Assembly (NCBI GenBank): GCA_050287085.1 | Contig: JBNKBE010000024.1 | Location: 1 to 64,000, forward strand | Length of the DNA stretch: 64,000 nt | From: Polyangiaceae bacterium | GTDB lineage: Bacteria > Myxococcota_A > Polyangia > Polyangiales > Polyangiaceae | Direction of reading: 5' to 3' | Shown here: positions 62,684-64,000 of the stretch, piece after piece | Numbering within the stretch: the stretch's first letter is position 1 | Layout: the number at the start of each line of letters is the position of its first letter | The notes under the pieces: generated by a model | The model's input: the letters and a program-made list of their open reading frames with translations, nothing else | Database searches by the model: none | Told to the model about the DNA's origin: nothing | Made by a program: the position numbers and the translations under genes

Positions 62684-64000
62684 CTAGGTCTCCCAGGCCA
62701 CCGCGGTGTCTCGGTACTGGAGGAAGAAGCCCTTCTTCACCTGCGCGTGGAGGTACTTACCGCAGGGTTTGTGGGCCTTCTCGATCTCCTTGATGGCGCG
62801 GTTGATGGCCTTGGTCACGGCGTCCCGAGCCCGCTTCTGGTCTGGATTCTCGCGGCGCTTCTTGCCCCCGGCGCCGGTCTCGGCAGAGAGATACTGCGCG
62901 AGCTGTGCGATCTGGTCGTCGAACTTGGCGACGGCGTCCATGTCGCAGAACTCCTCGGCCTCGTCGCGCTGTTCCTTCAGCTTCTCGTAGGCCTCGCGGA
63001 CGTTCTTGATCGTCTCGTCGTCCGCCCCAAGTGCAGTGGCCATCGGTCTGGATGCCGCCGTGTTGCCCTCTTCGATGTCGATGAGCGCGAAGGCGTCGAG
63101 GGTCTCTCCGGGGCGCTGCAAGAGCGTGTGTAGATAGGTGAGTCCCTTCTGTGGGCTCAGCGAGAACGGCTTGCCCCCGCGGAAGCGCACCGTCCAGTTC
63201 TGCCCGAATTTGCGGAAGACGTACTCGCTCTCCACCTGAAGTGCTGGGTCAGCGTCGAACGACGGATCCGTTCCGGGTGCCTGCTGGCCCCGCGCGAACA
63301 GGATTGCCGGCAAGGAGTCCGGCGACAGCGAGCCCGGCGTGCGGATGCACTTCGCCATCTTCGCCAGCGTCTCGGAGATCACTCGCCCGACGTCTGTGCC
63401 GTGGCGCTTGTGCATCTCGAAGATGTTCTTCGACACGGTGTCGCCGTCGTTCCCGGACAACTCCATCATGGCTGGGATGGCCCGGGCAGCCTCGCCGAAG
63501 CTGCCGAGGAACTGGTCGGCGTTGGCAAAGCTGGTGAACTGGTCGGCAGCATCGATGTAGTCGAGCACCAGCGCCCGATCGCCGTCCTTCTTCCACTCGC
63601 CCTTGATGAGGTCGACCTCGTAGCCTTCTTCGGGGTCCTCGTTGTCGAGCCCTCGAGCCAGGACGGAGAAGCGGCGGTCGATGCACTGCGAGCATACGCC
63701 GCAGTGAGGGTGCATCGTGCTGCTTCGGTGGACGTGGGCACAGCTCACGGTGTGGCGCAGCATCCCTGCGGCGCCGGCGTCGTTGATGACGTCCAGCACC
63801 TCGGCGCGCGTCTTGAGCTCGAACGGGTTCTCGACCGCCATCGGCTTGCCCCGAGCCAACCCGAGAATCTTGGCGAAGCCGAGCAACACCCGGGGGTGGG
63901 TGGTCCGAGTCGCACGCGCACCAACGATCTGAGGAGAGATGGGCAGATTGAAGCTCGTCGTGCCGTTCTCGTAGAACCGGATCTTGTCGTGGCCGATGAT
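62684..64000 (-). CDS. QueC/QatC-like protein fused to a C-terminal putative winged-helix domain (5'-truncated)
   Basis: Frame is open to the window edge: RFYENGTTSFNLP..VGARATRTTHP, ENPF..KT..EV, Zn site SC-x12-CGVCSQCIDRR, then KGLTYLHTLLQRPG...RARDAVTKAINRAI...YL...KKGFFLQY....W. Confidence 0.78.
   Translation of the reverse strand: MIGHDKIRFYENGTTSFNLPISPQIVGARATRTTHPRVLLGFAKILGLARGKPMAVENPFELKTRAEVLDVINDAGAAGMLRHTVSCAHVHRSSTMHPHCGVCSQCIDRRFSVLARGLDNEDPEEGYEVDLIKGEWKKDGDRALVLDYIDAADQFTSFANADQFLGSFGEAARAIPAMMELSGNDGDTVSKNIFEMHKRHGTDVGRVISETLAKMAKCIRTPGSLSPDSLPAILFARGQQAPGTDPSFDADPALQVESEYVFRKFGQNWTVRFRGGKPFSLSPQKGLTYLHTLLQRPGETLDAFALIDIEEGNTAASRPMATALGADDETIKNVREAYEKLKEQRDEAEEFCDMDAVAKFDDQIAQLAQYLSAETGAGGKKRRENPDQKRARDAVTKAINRAIKEIEKAHKPCGKYLHAQVKKGFFLQYRDTAVAWET

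Noticed and set aside
62684..64000. Housekeeping queC for queuosine synthesis
   Set aside because: The protein is too long, has the ENG/RTTHP motifs and an extra C-terminal domain, and lies in a mobile element.

Overview
GC-rich bacterial chromosome segment, probably from Myxococcota/Polyangiaceae (inferred from gene content, not proven). 1-43.8 kb is mostly housekeeping: serA-ydiJ, an E. coli-type mukFEB condensin operon, pyrC, pgi, ppa, mtnA plus a class II aldolase, Nudix enzymes, an HTTM-type membrane cluster, a long RelA/SpoT homologue with an eroded synthetase site, hemW, trmFO, nadM-Nudix, dprA, a HARE-HTH/acidic/degenerate-Mrr protein, murB and tRNA-Asn(GTT). From just after tRNA-Asn to the window end (truncated) lies an integrative element, entirely on the minus strand. 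In transcription order it carries: a QueC/QatC-like enzyme fused to a putative winged-helix domain; a tandem palindromic operator and hairpin leader; a Mu Com-like zinc finger; a second hairpin; a divergent sigma70-like protein; an SSB-like protein; an SF2 helicase; a zinc-less DnaG primase fused to a P-loop ATPase; DUF2924; a large serine recombinase; an Xis-like HTH; and hsdM-hsdS-darT-darG-hsdR. The best candidate for an undescribed system is the QueC-wHTH / operator / Com / sigma regulatory cascade upstream of the element's replication and recombination genes. All calls come from reading motifs by eye; no searches were run.
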